Assembly (NCBI GenBank): GCA_003056285.1
Contig: NDWU01000006.1
Span: 1,543 to 65,542 of the forward strand
Length of the DNA: 64,000 nucleotides
DNA from: Candidatus Terraquivivens tikiterensis
GTDB lineage: Archaea > Thermoproteota > Nitrososphaeria_A > Caldarchaeales > Wolframiiraptoraceae
Direction: 5' to 3'
Shown: positions 1 through 9,109 of the stretch, in pieces
How the letters are laid out: each line of letters starts with the position of its first letter
Position numbering within the stretch: the stretch's first letter is position 1
Notes under the pieces: generated by a model
The model's input: the letters and a program-made list of their open reading frames with translations, nothing else
Databases searched by the model: none
Told to the model about the DNA's origin: nothing
Translations under genes and position numbers: made by a program

Positions 1-138
1 GTCGAGATCGTAGTTGGGGGTAGACATGACCCAACGGTTGTTCCAAGAGCCGTACCGGTCGTCGAGGCGGTTGTGGCCATAGTGTTAGCGGACCATGCGA
101 TAAGGGCAGGCTTCATACCACCCGTCATAAGAGACTGA
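1..138 (+). CDS. 3' end of an ORF entering from the left edge (partial), unknown function
   Basis: Frame 1 is open from base 1 to TGA 136-138. The stop overlaps the ATG of the next ORF (TGATG), suggesting coupling. The opposite strand is also open here, so this is weak. Confidence 0.3.
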   Translation, partial: VEIVVGGRHDPTVVPRAVPVVEAVVAIVLADHAIRAGFIPPVIRD

Positions 139-314
139 TGGAAAGTATGTGCAAAGAAAAAGAACAGATTATATGCCCAAGATGCGGATACGGGTTAGCG
201 ATTCCCCTAAAGCCTAGGGACAGCAACGTTAAATACGTATGGGATGTATGGTGTCCGCGCTGCGGCCACGTATGGGCTCTGGGACAGCCAATAAGGGTCG
301 AGGACTGGTTTTAA
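138..314 (+). CDS. small zinc-ribbon protein (58 aa), unknown function
   Basis: Not in the ORF track (<60 aa). Translation [23 protein letters not shown]...VWCPRCGHVWALGQPIRVEDWF has two CPRCG knuckles. Confidence 0.5.
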   Translation: MESMCKEKEQIICPRCGYGLAIPLKPRDSNVKYVWDVWCPRCGHVWALGQPIRVEDWF

Positions 315-372
315 GAACTACTCTGAAGAGGCAAAGGATTAATTGTAGCATTCTCCAATTAAATTTGTAGAT

Positions 373-651
373 ATGCGAACCCCCCAAGAAATAAACCCTA
401 GGGCTTTATTGGGCAGGATAAAGAACACGTCGAGAGGCATCAGGGTTCGGAGTACGATAATTAAGATACTGAGGGAACGTAAGGTCGCGTCAGTAGCGCA
501 GATCGCAAACGAGGTCGGCCTTACGCCCTCGGCCATAAGGAGGCATCTGAAAAACATGGGTGCGGAGGGGATAGTTAAAAACCTAAAAGGAAAAGGACAG
601 AACGTATGGATGCTTACGGGCTTGGGCCAGCAGGCCATAGACGAAGTTTAA
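373..651 (+). CDS. winged-helix DNA-binding protein (ArsR/MarR-like)
   Basis: IIKILRERKVASVAQIANEVGLTPSAIRRHLKNMGAEGIV.. is an HTH followed by a wing (KGKGQNVWMLT). Confidence 0.7.
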   Translation: MRTPQEINPRALLGRIKNTSRGIRVRSTIIKILRERKVASVAQIANEVGLTPSAIRRHLKNMGAEGIVKNLKGKGQNVWMLTGLGQQAIDEV

Positions 652-1057
652 CACCGTTAGCGAAATCTGCATCATTCATGCCTGGGATGAAAAGCGAAAG
701 AAGCTCGTAAAAGCCCCAATGCCCCCTCATAATGCCCTCAGGATCACGAAAAGTGACGAAGCCATAAAAGGCATCGAAACGCGCAGAAAACCGGATAAGC
801 TAAAAGCTCATGCCCGGCCGGGAACGATAGAATGGGGAAAGCTTACTGGAAGCTTTGGAGACATTCAAGAAGACCCTATACGCCCATCTAGCGGAGCATC
901 TGCTGGCCTACGTGCTGGCAAGCCCATATTTGAAGCAGGGAAACCGTGGTATTACCGCCTTGGCTAACTCGCATTAACCTAACGCTTTCTGTTAAACTTA
1001 GAAGGCTTTATACGGTTCCCTTAGCCCTTCCAAGATGACGTCGCCGAGGCCGTTGGT

Positions 1058-2059
1058 ATGAAGGTATCCTACAAAGGCGGTGCGCTCGTAGCGTATAAGG
1101 ATACGTTAATGGCATTCGACGCGGCAGAGGATTTGTCAGGCAAAGCTTTAAGGTGCATAACCCATGCGCATGCAGACCACATCATGAGGGTGAACGAATC
1201 CAACCCGCTAATGACCGTTGAAACCTTCGAGCTACTGAGAGCTATAAGAGGCCTGGAACGCCGTGCGAACGTCGTAGAGCTCGGGGCTGTGGTGAAGGTC
1301 GGGCCAGCTAGGATAAGGACAATGAACGCCGGCCATATACTGGGCTCGTGCCAATACGCCGTTGAGTGCGATGAGGGTACCCTGCTCTTTAGCGGAGACA
1401 TAAACGTTCACGACACCCTCGTTACTAGGGCAGCAGAGCCTATCCATGCAGATTTCATGGTCGTAGAGGCGACGTACGGCGAGCCTTCTTTTATATTCCC
1501 TGATAGGGAGGTAGTTTATTCAAAAATCGTGAAGTGGATCTGCGATTGTATAAAGGATGGTAGCTTGCCAGCGTTCAAGGCATACCTCGTAGGCAAGTCT
1601 CAGGAGCTTATAAAATTGGTTAACGAATACTTAGGGATACCTGTCGTTGTAAGCGGGGCAGTGGCTAGGGTGTGTGAAGTTTACAAGAAATTTGGTTTAG
1701 GCCTCTCATATTTTTGCATGGGCTCGGCCGATGCCGATGAGCTCCTCAGGTCAGGCGAGTGCGTGTACGTTGGCAACCGCAGAGTTGATGTTCCCACTAG
1801 TCGGACTGTAAAATGGGCAATAGCGACTGGTTGGGCGCTTAAATACAGGTTCGAGCTTTACGACGCCACTTTTCCGCTGAGCTCCCATGCCGATTTTAAG
1901 GGATTGATAGAGCATGTCGAGGCGTGCATGCCGAGGGTTGTCTACACGATGCATGGCTATAGCATGCAGCTTGCTAGGATACTAGAGAGAAGGGGTTTCG
2001 TGGCGGCGGCTCTCGAATCTGCCGGAACGCTTGCACCGCTCACCCGCGGGGAGATGTAA
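1058..2059 (+). CDS. metallo-beta-lactamase fold nuclease, short beta-CASP-like form
   Basis: HAHADH motif, later GH and D/H motifs (NAGHILGS, SGDIN, SSHAD, MHGY); 333 aa. Confidence 0.75.
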   Translation: MKVSYKGGALVAYKDTLMAFDAAEDLSGKALRCITHAHADHIMRVNESNPLMTVETFELLRAIRGLERRANVVELGAVVKVGPARIRTMNAGHILGSCQYAVECDEGTLLFSGDINVHDTLVTRAAEPIHADFMVVEATYGEPSFIFPDREVVYSKIVKWICDCIKDGSLPAFKAYLVGKSQELIKLVNEYLGIPVVVSGAVARVCEVYKKFGLGLSYFCMGSADADELLRSGECVYVGNRRVDVPTSRTVKWAIATGWALKYRFELYDATFPLSSHADFKGLIEHVEACMPRVVYTMHGYSMQLARILERRGFVAAALESAGTLAPLTRGEM

Positions 2060-2104
2060 ACTCCTTAGCAAAATTAAAATATCCCCAAGAGCAAAATATC
2101 TTCC

Positions 2105-2278
2105 ATGAGCTCTGGGAGAAAACGCAAAGAGGCTCCGATGCCTGCGACGATGGCAGGATTGTTGGCATTCTTCGGCGAAGAGTCTAAAGGTTTTAAGGTT
2201 AGGCCAGAGGTCGTGATGATAGCGGCGATCGCTTTAATCATCATGGTTTTAGTAATGGGCAGGATCTGGCCGTTTTGA
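2105..2278 (+). CDS. secG: preprotein translocase Sec61-beta (archaeal SecG)
   Basis: Not in the ORF track (57 aa). MSSGRKRKEAPMPATMAGLLAFFGEESKGFKVRPEVVMIAAIALIIMVLVMGRIWPF has a basic N-terminus, the AGLxxFF motif and a single C-terminal TM helix. Confidence 0.85.
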   Translation: MSSGRKRKEAPMPATMAGLLAFFGEESKGFKVRPEVVMIAAIALIIMVLVMGRIWPF

Positions 2279-2492
2279 GCTATCCATGGTTGTAAGCCCA
2301 TGGACTCACTGTCTCCTGACTTCCTGACCAACGCCTCTAGACGGTCATGGGCTTTGCGCTGGCTTTCATTATACTGCATCTAAGCTCCAACGCCCCTCCG
2401 CTTTACTGGATGCTTTGCACCAAACACGTACCCTTGGGCTGACGACAAAAAGCTGGAGGAAAACATAAATGTTCGCTTTTCATCCAGACGCT
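2276..2492 (-). repeat. copy X of a duplicated promoter-leader-sORF module (partner at 49085-49310)
   Basis: Hand alignment of the reverse complement to 49085-49310 gives long near-identical blocks: TATA-like box, leader, ATG 2379 and the first 17 codons, then the ...GLQPW codons. Confidence 0.7.
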
Positions 2493-2568
2493 AGATGTTG
2501 CGGGACCTTCACCTCACAATGTTAATATCAATCTTTGTAATAGAGGCGGGGTTAGGGCGGGCGTAGTC

Positions 2569-4335
2569 TTGGCAGGTGATATGGTCTCAGCTATGGCGTC
2601 GAGGTATCGACTCCTTTTTAGGATGCCGAGCCCGAAAGCGGTTATAGCGTCAATAATCTCTCTCTCCTTGCTGACGGCTATGCTCATCTCCACCCGTATG
2701 GGCACGCCGGGTTCGGTTCCGTATCTCTGTGGTTTACTTTTATTTTCATCCATAGGGATGAACGTGCTATTCAAGAAGAGCCTCCTGAAAAATGAGCCCG
2801 TATTCTCGCTCAACAGGATGAACACCCTATCCTTCGTCCAACTGGCGCTTTTATTCTCGGGCACACTCATAGGGTTTATAGTATCGCTCATTACGGACAA
2901 CGCTTTGTACCTAATCGTTACGATGTACGTTGGGCTACAAATCTCAAGTTTCATAAGCTTTTCGACGTTTATGGCGCTCAAGTTCAGGCGGCTCTCTTTA
3001 CCATACATCTTTTTACCGACGCTCATGCAGGCAACGGGAATAGCGCTCATTTTGGGACTAGACTTTGGCGTAGCGGCATCCTTGACTTTAGCCTCCTACG
3101 GGCTAGGAATCGTAGCCTCTACGCTCACGTTATCTGCGATAGAAGTCTTTGGCAAAATTTTGGGCCAGTCTCCTTTTAAATTCCTTAGAGGTTTTGTCCT
3201 CAGCATGCTCGAAGGGGATAGCTCCTATATTGAGGGGCTACTTTGCAAAATCAGCAAGCCAACAGACATAATCGTCGACACATTACTCTTCAGAGATAAG
3301 GAGAAAAAAACCAGTCTACTGTGCGTCGTCGTGCCACGCTTCCATCCTGGACCAGTAAGGTCGATAGGGGGCAGCATAACGCCGTACATCATAGAAAGAA
3401 CGTTCGCGGCTGCTGGCCTAGAGGCGGCGGTCCTTAAGGGGTTGTCTGGACATGAAATGGACATAGCGTCGCGTGAAGATGGCTTGATGCTAGCCAAGCA
3501 ACTTGTCGATTCCTCACTCAAAGCATTCGAGGAAGACGGCTTTAGCGGAATGTCCCTGAAGCCAATGACGATAGCATCGGGTAAGGCAACGGCAAACGTC
3601 TTTGCCTTAGACGGTGTGAAGGTTGCCGTAGTAAGCCTCCACCCTAACCCGATGGAAGACCTGCTTCCCAGCTTGCTACCACGAGAATCGAATAAAATCG
3701 TTATCATAGATGCGCATAACTCTTTTGCAGAGCAAGGCGGAAATCAATTCAATTCAAAATTTGATGACGTCGTGGACTTGATGGAGAAGATAGACTCGCT
3801 TCCTTTATATGAAAATTTTAAGGATTTTTCCATAGGTTTTTCAAGGATAGTACCGAAAGATTACGGGCTGAACGACGGATTAGGTCCGGGTGGAATATCT
3901 TGCTTGGTAATAGGGGTTGACGGGGAGGAATTTGTCTACATAATCGTAGACGGTAACAACGCCCTACCGCAGGTAAGGTCTTTGGTGCAGGATGCTCTAC
4001 GTAAAGAAGGGGCCTCGGGTAGCGAGCTGCTGACGACGGACTCACACCTCGTTTGCGCCATGAGCCTGGGAGGTAGGGGTTACCATCCAGTCGGCGAGGT
4101 ACTGGCGCCAGAGGTCATCGCGGAATACGCAAAGCGTTTGTACAATCAAGCAAGAGCCTGCATGAGACCGGCTGAAGCACGCCACCAAAGGTTGACGATA
4201 AAGGATATAAGGGTGTTCTCAGAAAGCGTAATCAACTATATGGCAAAAAGCACGATAAGGTCTTTTAGGATTTTCATAATCGGTATGCTATCTAGCATCG
4301 TGGTATCGTCGCTGATGCTGCTGGTATTTATATAG
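2569..4335 (+). CDS. polytopic membrane protein with large soluble C-terminal domain and terminal TM (DUF2070-like)
   Basis: 588-aa ORF with a hydrophobic N-terminal third, a soluble domain and a final TM. The family name is from memory of archaeal DUF2070 architecture. Confidence 0.75.
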   Translation: MAGDMVSAMASRYRLLFRMPSPKAVIASIISLSLLTAMLISTRMGTPGSVPYLCGLLLFSSIGMNVLFKKSLLKNEPVFSLNRMNTLSFVQLALLFSGTLIGFIVSLITDNALYLIVTMYVGLQISSFISFSTFMALKFRRLSLPYIFLPTLMQATGIALILGLDFGVAASLTLASYGLGIVASTLTLSAIEVFGKILGQSPFKFLRGFVLSMLEGDSSYIEGLLCKISKPTDIIVDTLLFRDKEKKTSLLCVVVPRFHPGPVRSIGGSITPYIIERTFAAAGLEAAVLKGLSGHEMDIASREDGLMLAKQLVDSSLKAFEEDGFSGMSLKPMTIASGKATANVFALDGVKVAVVSLHPNPMEDLLPSLLPRESNKIVIIDAHNSFAEQGGNQFNSKFDDVVDLMEKIDSLPLYENFKDFSIGFSRIVPKDYGLNDGLGPGGISCLVIGVDGEEFVYIIVDGNNALPQVRSLVQDALRKEGASGSELLTTDSHLVCAMSLGGRGYHPVGEVLAPEVIAEYAKRLYNQARACMRPAEARHQRLTIKDIRVFSESVINYMAKSTIRSFRIFIIGMLSSIVVSSLMLLVFI

Positions 4336-4388
4336 GGAGCGTTACATTTTTATTCGATGGTTTTATGGACACAATAACAGGAACGCCT

Positions 4389-4688
4389 ATGTCCCAGACT
4401 ATGAAAACCGGTTTAATACTCGTCGGTAGCAAGCCTGCGATAAAGTACGTAACGGCTTGCATAACGCTCTTCAACAGGGGGGCCGATGTGGTTGTGCTGA
4501 GGGGTAGGGGAAAAAGTATAAACAATTGTTTAGAGACCATCGAGCTCCTGCGCAACGGATTCTTGAAGGATCTGAAGATCGTCGACGTGAAAATAGGCAG
4601 CGACGAATACAGCACGCCCGATGGTAAGCGAAGGTTCGTGAGCTACATAGAAATTTTCCTAGCTAAAGGTCAAGAAAAGTATTCCTGA
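4389..4688 (+). CDS. albA: Alba (Sso10b) DNA/RNA-binding protein
   Basis: LILVGSKPAIKYVTACITLFNRGADVVVLRGRGKSINNCLETIELLRNGFL...RFVSYIEIFL matches the Alba fold pattern. Start is ATG 4389 or 4401. Confidence 0.9.
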   Translation: MSQTMKTGLILVGSKPAIKYVTACITLFNRGADVVVLRGRGKSINNCLETIELLRNGFLKDLKIVDVKIGSDEYSTPDGKRRFVSYIEIFLAKGQEKYS

Positions 4689-4766
4689 TACCGGAGCATT
4701 GCCCTGCCTTAACACTTAAATTTAGCCTCTGCTGAACTGCAGTTAAGTGCAAAAGAGTGATAACCT

Positions 4767-5045
4767 TTGAAGGTTCCTGCCACCATTCGTACATACTGCC
4801 CTAAATGCAACACGCATACGCAGCATACTGTATCGTTATATAAGAAGGGCAAGGAGAGGAGCTTGGCAATAGGTGCTAGAAGACACCAGAGGGAGCTGAA
4901 GGGCTACGGCGGGCAAAAGTATCCCATCCAGCGCGATAAGGCCAAGACGACCGAGCGTAAGACCCTCATCCTCAAGTGTCAGGTTTGCGGCTTCCAGGTT
5001 TTCAGGGGTGGGATACGATTAAAAAAGCTAGAGATAGTTAGGTGA
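4767..5045 (+). CDS. rpl44e: 50S ribosomal protein L44e
   Basis: TYCPKCNTHTQHTVSLYKKGK...GYGGQ...KCQVCG; TTG start. Confidence 0.95.
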   Translation: MKVPATIRTYCPKCNTHTQHTVSLYKKGKERSLAIGARRHQRELKGYGGQKYPIQRDKAKTTERKTLILKCQVCGFQVFRGGIRLKKLEIVR

Positions 5046-5051
5046 TCGTAT

Positions 5052-5258
5052 ATGGTCGGAGAAGCAGATTGGAGCAAGCTGATTCCAAAACCCACGTCGA
5101 GGTTCTTGCTTGTGAGTTGCGACGAGTGTAACAATAAACAGATAGTATTCGAGCATGCCAAGACCCTGGTGAGGTGTAGAGTCTGTAACTCGATTTTAGC
5201 AAAACCAAAGGGAGGAAAAGCCCAGATATTTGGAAAGGTGTTAGAAGTTTATGAATGA
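5052..5258 (+). CDS. rps27e: 30S ribosomal protein S27e
   Basis: RFLLVSCDECNNKQIVFEHAKTLVRCRVCNSILAKPKGGKA zinc ribbon. Confidence 0.95.
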   Translation: MVGEADWSKLIPKPTSRFLLVSCDECNNKQIVFEHAKTLVRCRVCNSILAKPKGGKAQIFGKVLEVYE

Positions 5259-6033
5259 AAAAAAGCTGCCGGAAACCGGCGAGATAGTGATAGGGACCGT
5301 GAAGAGGGTCGATAAGTTTGGCGCTTACGTTTCGTTAGACGAGTATGAGAATGCGGATGCGTTTATACACGTTTCAGAGATTTCTTTGAGATGGGTAAGG
5401 AATATCAGGGATTATCTCAAAGAGGGCCAGAAGGCAGTATTCAAGGTGTTGCGGTCTGATCCGACTACCATGCAAGTGGATCTATCTTTGAGGAGGGTGT
5501 CAAAAAGGGAGAAGGTAGAGAAGTTACTGTGGTGGAAGAAGAAACAGAAAGTCAAGCGAATAATAAAACTTTTAGCAGACAGGACTGGGCTTGATAGATC
5601 AGAGCTGGAAAAAAATCTTTTTGAGTCTACTAAGGGGAAAGAGGCCGAGCTGTACGATGTCTTTGAAAGGCTTGCGAGGGATGAAGCTGTCCCAGATTCG
5701 TTGAGGGGCTTGCCCGAGAACGTTCTCAAAACCCTGATCGAGATCGTAAAGCAGGAGATAAAGAAGAAGAGCGTCGTGAAGAAGGGTACCCTTGTACTTT
5801 ACTGCCAATCCGGAAATGGCGTCGTAGTTATCAGGGATGCTGTTAAGGAAGCCATGTCGCTTGCGAATAAGGATCAGAGCGTAACGATAACGGTCATCGG
5901 GGCTCCCCGTTACCTTCTCAGAGTAGAGGCGGAGGACGATGAAACGTCCGAGAGGTTACTGAACCAAGCGGCCGAAAAGTGTATAGGGTACGTAGTGAGT
6001 AGAGGAGGTAGGGGAGAGTTCAAGAAGGGTTGA
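5251..6033 (+). CDS. eif2a: translation initiation factor aIF2 alpha
   Basis: N-terminal S1 domain (GEIVIGTVKRVDKFGAYVSLDEY...) with conserved L44e-S27e-aIF2a synteny. Confidence 0.95.
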   Translation: MNEKKLPETGEIVIGTVKRVDKFGAYVSLDEYENADAFIHVSEISLRWVRNIRDYLKEGQKAVFKVLRSDPTTMQVDLSLRRVSKREKVEKLLWWKKKQKVKRIIKLLADRTGLDRSELEKNLFESTKGKEAELYDVFERLARDEAVPDSLRGLPENVLKTLIEIVKQEIKKKSVVKKGTLVLYCQSGNGVVVIRDAVKEAMSLANKDQSVTITVIGAPRYLLRVEAEDDETSERLLNQAAEKCIGYVVSRGGRGEFKKG

Positions 6034-6203
6034 CCAAAATATGGAAGTGTAGCTTGTGCGGCAGGTACACGCTTTCGAGCGAGAGGTGCCCGTCGTGTGG
6101 TGGACGCGTAAAAAACCCGCATCCCCCAAACATTAATCTACAGGATAAGTATATCAACGCCATTGTAAGGTTGAGGAGGGACATGAGGTGGAAACAAGCA
6201 TAA
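6030..6203 (+). CDS. nop10: H/ACA RNP protein Nop10
   Basis: Not in the ORF track. TTG 6030 overlaps the aIF2a stop. MTKIWKCSLCGRYTLSSERCPSCGGRVKNPHPP... has a CxxC..CxxC ribbon plus the HPP motif. Confidence 0.85.
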   Translation: MTKIWKCSLCGRYTLSSERCPSCGGRVKNPHPPNINLQDKYINAIVRLRRDMRWKQA

Positions 6204-6952
6204 AGGTAGATAAGACAGTGAACCTCAAAGGCGCATGCGCCATAGAGGTAGCACCCTCGCCTGGCGCAGCCGGTCTTATAGCTGGCGTTTTCCTAATAGA
6301 TGCCCTGAAGGCTGAGAAGGTCGGCGAAATTTTATCGCCGCACTTCCCCCAAGTGAGCCTCGTAAACGAGGATGGTATAGCGTTTCCGTCACATATAGAC
6401 CTGTACCTTTACGTTGATGAAAAGACCGGCTTGAAGCTCTTGTTCATCGTCAGAAACTTCCCTATGGAAAGCGGAGACGGTAGCTACTTAGTAGCCAAGG
6501 AGATTTACATGTTTTTAAAGGCGAGCGGCGTCGAGAGCCTTTACTGTTTAGGAAGCGGGAGGGTTACGGGAAACGGCGCGGTCCTCGTCTCGGCCGCAAA
6601 GTTGGAGCACGCCAAGGAGATCTTGGAAGCGGGTGCCAAAATGGCACCAAGCCAGGACGTCCTTCCGGTTGACAGGTTGACGTCTTTCCTCTTGCTCTTT
6701 TTTGCAAGGGACGGAAAAAAGACCTGCTTGCTTTTATCAGATTCGCCCTCCTACATACCCGACCCTAGCGCGGCTAAGAGGCTGTTGGAGGTACTCCTTA
6801 GATCTTTAAAGATGGAACTGGATTTGAGCAAGCTCGATGAGGATATCAGGAGATATCAACAGCTGCTGGAGGGACTCGAGAGGAGCATACTTGGTCAAAC
6901 AGAGCCAGCTCGCGAAGAAAGGCCGGCGAGGGAGCCGTTCTATATAGGGTAA
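6188..6952 (+). CDS. PAC2 family (proteasome assembly chaperone-like, COG1938-type) protein
   Basis: Position after Nop10 is the conserved archaeal neighbourhood. The N-terminal pattern ..APSPGAAGLIAGVFLIDAL.. is typical. Confidence 0.7.
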   Translation: METSIKVDKTVNLKGACAIEVAPSPGAAGLIAGVFLIDALKAEKVGEILSPHFPQVSLVNEDGIAFPSHIDLYLYVDEKTGLKLLFIVRNFPMESGDGSYLVAKEIYMFLKASGVESLYCLGSGRVTGNGAVLVSAAKLEHAKEILEAGAKMAPSQDVLPVDRLTSFLLLFFARDGKKTCLLLSDSPSYIPDPSAAKRLLEVLLRSLKMELDLSKLDEDIRRYQQLLEGLERSILGQTEPAREERPAREPFYIG

Positions 6953-7129
6953 CTCAGCTGCTTTCCAAATAGACGGATTTGTACAGAGGTTTATCGAACA
7001 ATTTCCCTTGGATGCTGCCTGGATGTCCGAAAGACCCCGATGAATCCCTAACAATATGGGTAATGGGAAGGGATGAAAGCCTATGAATCCCACAACGGCG
7101 AGCGCATGCCCATCGTAGCATCGGGTTAT

Positions 7130-7330
7130 TTAACGCTCTTGGCCGCTGGATTTTATCCTTCCTAGCTCGCTCTTTAGAAGATCCCTTACAGCCATCCGCA
7201 TGACCGCGCTCCTGCTAGGATACATGCCCTTCCTGACGAGCTCGTCCATGCCCTCTATAAGGGCCTCTGGCATCTTCACGGAGATAAGCCTCATGCCCTT
7301 CTTGTCACGTGCTCCACTAACCTTTTCCAT
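7130..7330 (-). CDS. ribbon-helix-helix (CopG family) protein
   Basis: MRLISVKMPEALIEGMDELVRKGMYPSRSAVMRMAVRDLL. Close paralog of 25598-25783. The real start may be the internal M (about 7294). Confidence 0.75.
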   Translation of the reverse strand: MEKVSGARDKKGMRLISVKMPEALIEGMDELVRKGMYPSRSAVMRMAVRDLLKSELGRIKSSGQER

Positions 7331-7434
7331 GCGTTAACCCCTCCGTCGATAGCTAGCATGGTTGTGGCATAATAGAAAACGCCTGGATATAAGCTTCTTG
7401 AGATACTAGGACGGCGTTAAAGGTCTTAACCGAC

Positions 7435-7710
7435 ATGCACGACACCAAACAATTCATCCTTTTAGGGATATATATTTCTCTTTTTAGCATTTTAAGCGTC
7501 ATGGACGCCGAGTCTGAAGGTATGGTAGATTTTATAAAAGCGTATCTGGAGTTGCTTGGATTTCGGGCATCGGGTGAGGAGCTATCGAAGCTATCTCGCG
7601 ATTTAGACAACGTTCTTAAGATTTCTAAGGTTTTTAACGAAGTCGTTTCGCATGAAGAAGGGCCAGCAATTCTCTTTTCCCCCAAGGTTGAGGGCGATGA
7701 GAAAGGCTGA
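7435..7710 (+). CDS. GatC-like small subunit (probable start internal, near 7501)
   Basis: ...DFIKAYLELLGFRASGEELSKLSRDLDNVLKISKVFNEV.. resembles GatC helices. It overlaps the downstream amidase start. Confidence 0.45.
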   Translation: MHDTKQFILLGIYISLFSILSVMDAESEGMVDFIKAYLELLGFRASGEELSKLSRDLDNVLKISKVFNEVVSHEEGPAILFSPKVEGDEKG

Positions 7711-9109
7711 CCTCCCTCACATTTCTATAAAGGAGGCCTGCGAAGCTATCAGGAGCGGCGAAGTCTCACCAGTAGAGCTGACGGCTTCTGTCATCGAGAG
7801 GATTAGGCGTCTAAATGACGTTTTGAACGCTTACATCTCCGTATTCGAACACTCTGCCATCGAAGAGGCATCCAAGGCGGAGGCAAGAATACGCGCCGGA
7901 AAATGGTTAGGGCCTCTAGACGGTATACCGATATCCGTCAAAGACGTATTCTACATGAAGGATACGATAACGACAGCCGGCTCGCCTGTCCTTAAGGACT
8001 TCAGGGCGGGCTACGACGCGACGGTTGTGAGAAGGTTGCGAGAAGCTGGTGCGGTATTCGTAGGCAAGACAAACCTCCACGAGTTCGCCTACGGTGTAAC
8101 GAACGTTAACCCATACTTCGGGCCGACGAAGAACCCTTGGGATCTTGAGAGGGTTAGCGGCGGAAGCAGCGGCGGCTCTGCGGCGGCCGTCGCGGCCGGC
8201 ATGTGCCTAGCCTCCCTCGGCACGGATACTGGCGGCTCGACCAGAATACCAGCGGCGCTTTGCGGCATCTTCGGCTTTAAACCTACGTACGGCCTCGTGA
8301 GCAAGCATGGTGTCGTGCCGCTCGCTTGGTCCCTAGATCATGTCGGCATACTGGCAAGAAGCGCTTGGGACGTGCGCATCCTTTTAGAAACCGTTGCAGG
8401 GTTTGACCCCATGGACCCCACGACCAATTTCTCTCAACGCTCTGAGCTAAAACGGACGGAGAATGTTGATATTAAAAAGCTAAGGGTCGGATTGCCGGGA
8501 GAAGAGTTTTTAGAACCGCTCCAGGAAGACGTCAGAAAGCTTTTTTGGAGCTCTTTGGAAAAGCTGGAGGGCGAGGGTTGGCAGATTCTTAAACTAGACT
8601 TTAAGTACTTTGAGCACGTTTCAGCCTGCAGGTACGTTATACTCTTGACGGAAGCCGCATCCTTCCACTCGGAGTGGCTTAGAGAGAACCCAGAGCTTTA
8701 TAGCGAGGAGCTGAGGCACAGGCTTATGCTGGGACTGCTGGTTCCGTCGGACGTATACCTAAAAGCCCAAAGAGCCAGGAAGGTTCTAATCAGAGAGTTC
8801 TTGAGGGCGATGAAGGGATTGGACCTCGTAGCGTGCCCTACGACTTCTGTGACAGCCCCGAAGATAGGCGAGGAAAAAATCTTGGTACAGGATAAAGAGC
8901 TGAGCGTAAGGCTGGCCTTACTGAGGTTAACGGAGCCCTTTAACGCCCTAGCGCTCCCTGCCGTATCCGTGCCGTGCGGTAGGTCAAAGGATGGGCTTCC
9001 AGCAGGCCTGCAGCTCGTGGCCAAGCCTTTCTGCGATGGCCTGTTGCTCGCCGCAGCCACGGCATATGAAGAAATAACGGGTAAAGGGTACGAAAGGCCG
9101 CCGCTATAG
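7697..9109 (+). CDS. amidase-signature enzyme (GatA-like)
   Basis: GGSSGGSAAAVAAG, KPTYG and DTGGSTRIPA motifs. TNLHEFAYG is more like generic amidases than canonical GatA (NMDEFAMGSS). Confidence 0.85.
   Translation: MRKADLPHISIKEACEAIRSGEVSPVELTASVIERIRRLNDVLNAYISVFEHSAIEEASKAEARIRAGKWLGPLDGIPISVKDVFYMKDTITTAGSPVLKDFRAGYDATVVRRLREAGAVFVGKTNLHEFAYGVTNVNPYFGPTKNPWDLERVSGGSSGGSAAAVAAGMCLASLGTDTGGSTRIPAALCGIFGFKPTYGLVSKHGVVPLAWSLDHVGILARSAWDVRILLETVAGFDPMDPTTNFSQRSELKRTENVDIKKLRVGLPGEEFLEPLQEDVRKLFWSSLEKLEGEGWQILKLDFKYFEHVSACRYVILLTEAASFHSEWLRENPELYSEELRHRLMLGLLVPSDVYLKAQRARKVLIREFLRAMKGLDLVACPTTSVTAPKIGEEKILVQDKELSVRLALLRLTEPFNALALPAVSVPCGRSKDGLPAGLQLVAKPFCDGLLLAAATAYEEITGKGYERPPL

Noticed and set aside
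719-967. 82-aa plus-strand ORF
   Set aside because: No motif and an unconvincing composition. An alternative frame looks equally or more protein-like but lacks a start, so neither could be supported.
2074-2379. 101-aa minus-strand ORF from the track
   Set aside because: Most of it is antisense to a clear Sec61-beta gene (2105-2278). Only its first ~35 codons are conserved with the paralog at 49195, so the full-length product is unlikely.
7353-7685. 110-aa minus-strand ORF
   Set aside because: It is antisense to the GatC-like ORF/amidase start and has serine-rich, non-protein-like composition.
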